Source: an uncultured delta proteobacterium
Lineage (GTDB): Bacteria; Myxococcota; UBA727; VGSZ01
Reading direction: 5' to 3'
DNA length: 64,000 bases
Assembly: GCA_963775425.1 (NCBI GenBank)
Contig: CAVZJB010000007.1
Span: 224,001-288,000, forward strand
Shown: positions 62,417 through 64,000 of the stretch, one piece after another
Position numbering within the stretch: the stretch's first letter is position 1
How the letters are laid out: every line of letters starts with the position of its first letter
The notes under the pieces: generated by a model
What the model saw: the letters and a program-made list of their open reading frames with translations, nothing else
The model's database searches: none
Told to the model about the DNA's origin: nothing
Translations under genes and position numbers: made by a program

Positions 62417-62998
62417 ATGATCAGAGCGATTCTTGCCGGGTCGGTAATTGCCTTGTCGACTGGCTGCCTCGTCGATCGGCCCTACGACCGATCACTCGAC
62501 GACAACGCCGGAAACCCCGACGCCACGTCGACGTCCTATCGCCCCGTGCGCTCTGCCGTCGACGGCAGTTTGCAGGGCCAAGTCGGACCGCTGAGCGGCC
62601 TCGACCATGATGCGAGCCTTCTTTCCGCCTATGACGATGGCTACTACCTGAGCGTCGAGACCGTGGTGCAGTTGCAAGACCGCGCGGTGATGACGCTCCT
62701 CTCGGTGAGCAACGGCGCGGACATCTTCCAGCCCGGACTCGACGCGACGTTCACACTCGACAACTACGACACCGACGGCGTTCAGGTCACGATGCTCGGC
62801 TGCGTCGGACAGGACGTCGGCGTCTACGACGAATACGACATGCCCGCCGACGAGGTGCACGTCTCGGTGACACCCGGCCAGGACGACAGCGAGATGGGAG
62901 TGTCGCTGCAGGCCCGCTGGTACGACCGCGACGCACAGACCGGCGAGCGTTTGGCGACCTCGAAGAACGCGAGCACCGAATTCACGTTGCTCCGCTAG
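62417..62998 (+). CDS. Hypothetical lipoprotein
   Basis: GGAGG/GGGGAG RBS; MIRAILAGSVIALSTGC lipobox. Confidence 0.8.
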   Translation: MIRAILAGSVIALSTGCLVDRPYDRSLDDNAGNPDATSTSYRPVRSAVDGSLQGQVGPLSGLDHDASLLSAYDDGYYLSVETVVQLQDRAVMTLLSVSNGADIFQPGLDATFTLDNYDTDGVQVTMLGCVGQDVGVYDEYDMPADEVHVSVTPGQDDSEMGVSLQARWYDRDAQTGERLATSKNASTEFTLLR

Positions 62999-63016
62999 TC
63001 ACGCGTCTCTCCCCAG

Positions 63017-63052
63017 GAAAACGGCGGCCCCGCGGCCGCCGTTTTCTTTTTT
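63017..63052 (+). terminator. Rho-independent terminator
   Basis: GAAAACGGCGGCC-CCGC-GGCCGCCGTTTTC followed by a T tract. Confidence 0.85.
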
Positions 63053-63220
63053 CGCGCTTGGCGCGTTCGGGCCTTCGTCTTGCGCTGATGCGGGGCCGCT
63101 CGCGGAGCTCGCGCTTCCGCGAGAGACGGGCCGTCTTCGCCAGCGGCCGCCTCCGCCGCGCTCCCTTGGGGGGCTTGCGTGGCCCCCGTCGTCGTCGTCC
63201 GTCTCGCACGCCTGGAGATC

Positions 63221-63251
63221 CGTTGACAGAAGTGTCAACGGTTGGCACGTT
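63221..63251 (+). promoter_or_regulatory. Palindromic operator overlapping a TTGACA -35 box upstream of acyl-CoA dehydrogenase
   Basis: CGTTGACA-GAAG-TGTCAACG (63221-63240); TTGACA, 17 bp, CACGTT, 6 nt, ATG. Confidence 0.7.
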
Positions 63252-63257
63252 GCGTCA

Positions 63258-64000
63258 ATGAGCGCCTCGAACAACTTCTTCCTCGACAACGACGACCTGC
63301 GCTTCCAGCTCTCCCGGCTCGACTGGGCCACGCTGGTGGAGCTGCAGGAGAGCGCGTTCGACGACGCGGACGCGTTCAAGGATCCGGCGGAGGCGCGGGC
63401 GTTCTACGAGGACGTGCTGCGCAGCCTCGGTGAGATCGTGGCCAAGGAGATCGCCCCGTTCGAGCGCGAGCTCGACGAGCAGCACCCGGTCTTGCACGAC
63501 GGCGAGGTCGAGGTCCCGGCGCGCATGAAGAAGGTCCTGCAGACGCTCCAGGACATGGGCGCGATGTCGATGACGCTGCCGCGCCGCCTGGGCGGCATGA
63601 ACACGCCCATCATCACGTCGAACGTGCTGGTCGAGATGCTCGCTCGTGCGGACGCCAGCGTCGTCGGCGAGGTGGGCTTCCACGGCGGCATCGCGCAGGC
63701 CCTGCTCTTCTACTCGCTCGAAGAAGGCTCGGTGGAGCACGACGACAAGGGCTACGTCCGAAAGACCCGCTTCGACGACGTCGTGAAGCGCATCGTCGAC
63801 GAGGGCGAGCACGGCGCCATGGTGCTCACCGAGCCCGGCGCCGGCTCCGACCTCGCGCGCTTGAAGGCCAAGGCGGACCTGAAGGCAGACGGCACCTGGC
63901 GCGTGACCGGCCAGAAGATCTTCATCACCGCCGGCCACGGCGACCACCACATCGTCATCGCCCGGTCGGAGGACGAGGCCACCCACCCGGGCTTGAAGGG
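63258..64000 (+). CDS. Acyl-CoA dehydrogenase (5' part, runs off the right edge)
   Basis: Read manually: MSASNNFFLDNDDLRF..., LPRRLGG, EMLARAD, AMVLTEPGAGSDL, WRVTGQKIFITAG. Confidence 0.93.
   Translation, partial: MSASNNFFLDNDDLRFQLSRLDWATLVELQESAFDDADAFKDPAEARAFYEDVLRSLGEIVAKEIAPFERELDEQHPVLHDGEVEVPARMKKVLQTLQDMGAMSMTLPRRLGGMNTPIITSNVLVEMLARADASVVGEVGFHGGIAQALLFYSLEEGSVEHDDKGYVRKTRFDDVVKRIVDEGEHGAMVLTEPGAGSDLARLKAKADLKADGTWRVTGQKIFITAGHGDHHIVIARSEDEATHPGLK

Noticed and set aside
62982-63248. Small Arg/Lys-rich minus-strand ORF
   Set aside because: It overlaps a terminator and promoter, has no RBS or coding-like codon bias, and is probably spurious.
63242-63253. Sigma54 promoter (TTGGCACG...TTGC)
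   Set aside because: The spacing between the GG and GC elements is too short for a -24/-12 promoter.

Overview
A 64-kb, very GC-rich, gene-dense chromosomal segment, probably from a Myxococcota/deltaproteobacterium. This is inferred from MYXO-CTERM-like tails, PEGA/Kelch/PKD and receptor-L lipoproteins, a Hanks-type kinase and multiple hybrid histidine kinases. About 48 genes can be supported. They include housekeeping genes (sua5, pdxH, pyk, alr, plsB-like, crcB, rpsR, a deoxyhypusine-synthase-like gene, Dyp peroxidase, acyl-CoA dehydrogenase), many lipoproteins and surface proteins, and several apparent pseudoenzymes (GpsA-like, LarC-like, PhoR-like, a CA-less histidine kinase, and a trigger factor lacking its ribosome-binding motif). 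The most notable observations are: (1) a 1955-aa ORF that looks like two MYXO-CTERM surface proteins in one frame, with an internal sorting signal followed by a second signal peptide; (2) a signal-less Gln-rich protein ending in a T3SS-needle (SctF)-like helix with an inserted glycine zipper, next to the atypical trigger factor; (3) a six-half-site operator array over the promoter of a wHTH-HATPase-DUF4325 gene; (4) widespread leaderless-type promoters; (5) an internally deleted IS1182-like element and several inverted-repeat intergenic elements. The PPIase gene carries two compensating single-base indels, so assembly errors are possible in this window. I saw no rRNA, tRNA or CRISPR array. All family calls come from motif recognition by eye; no database search was run.
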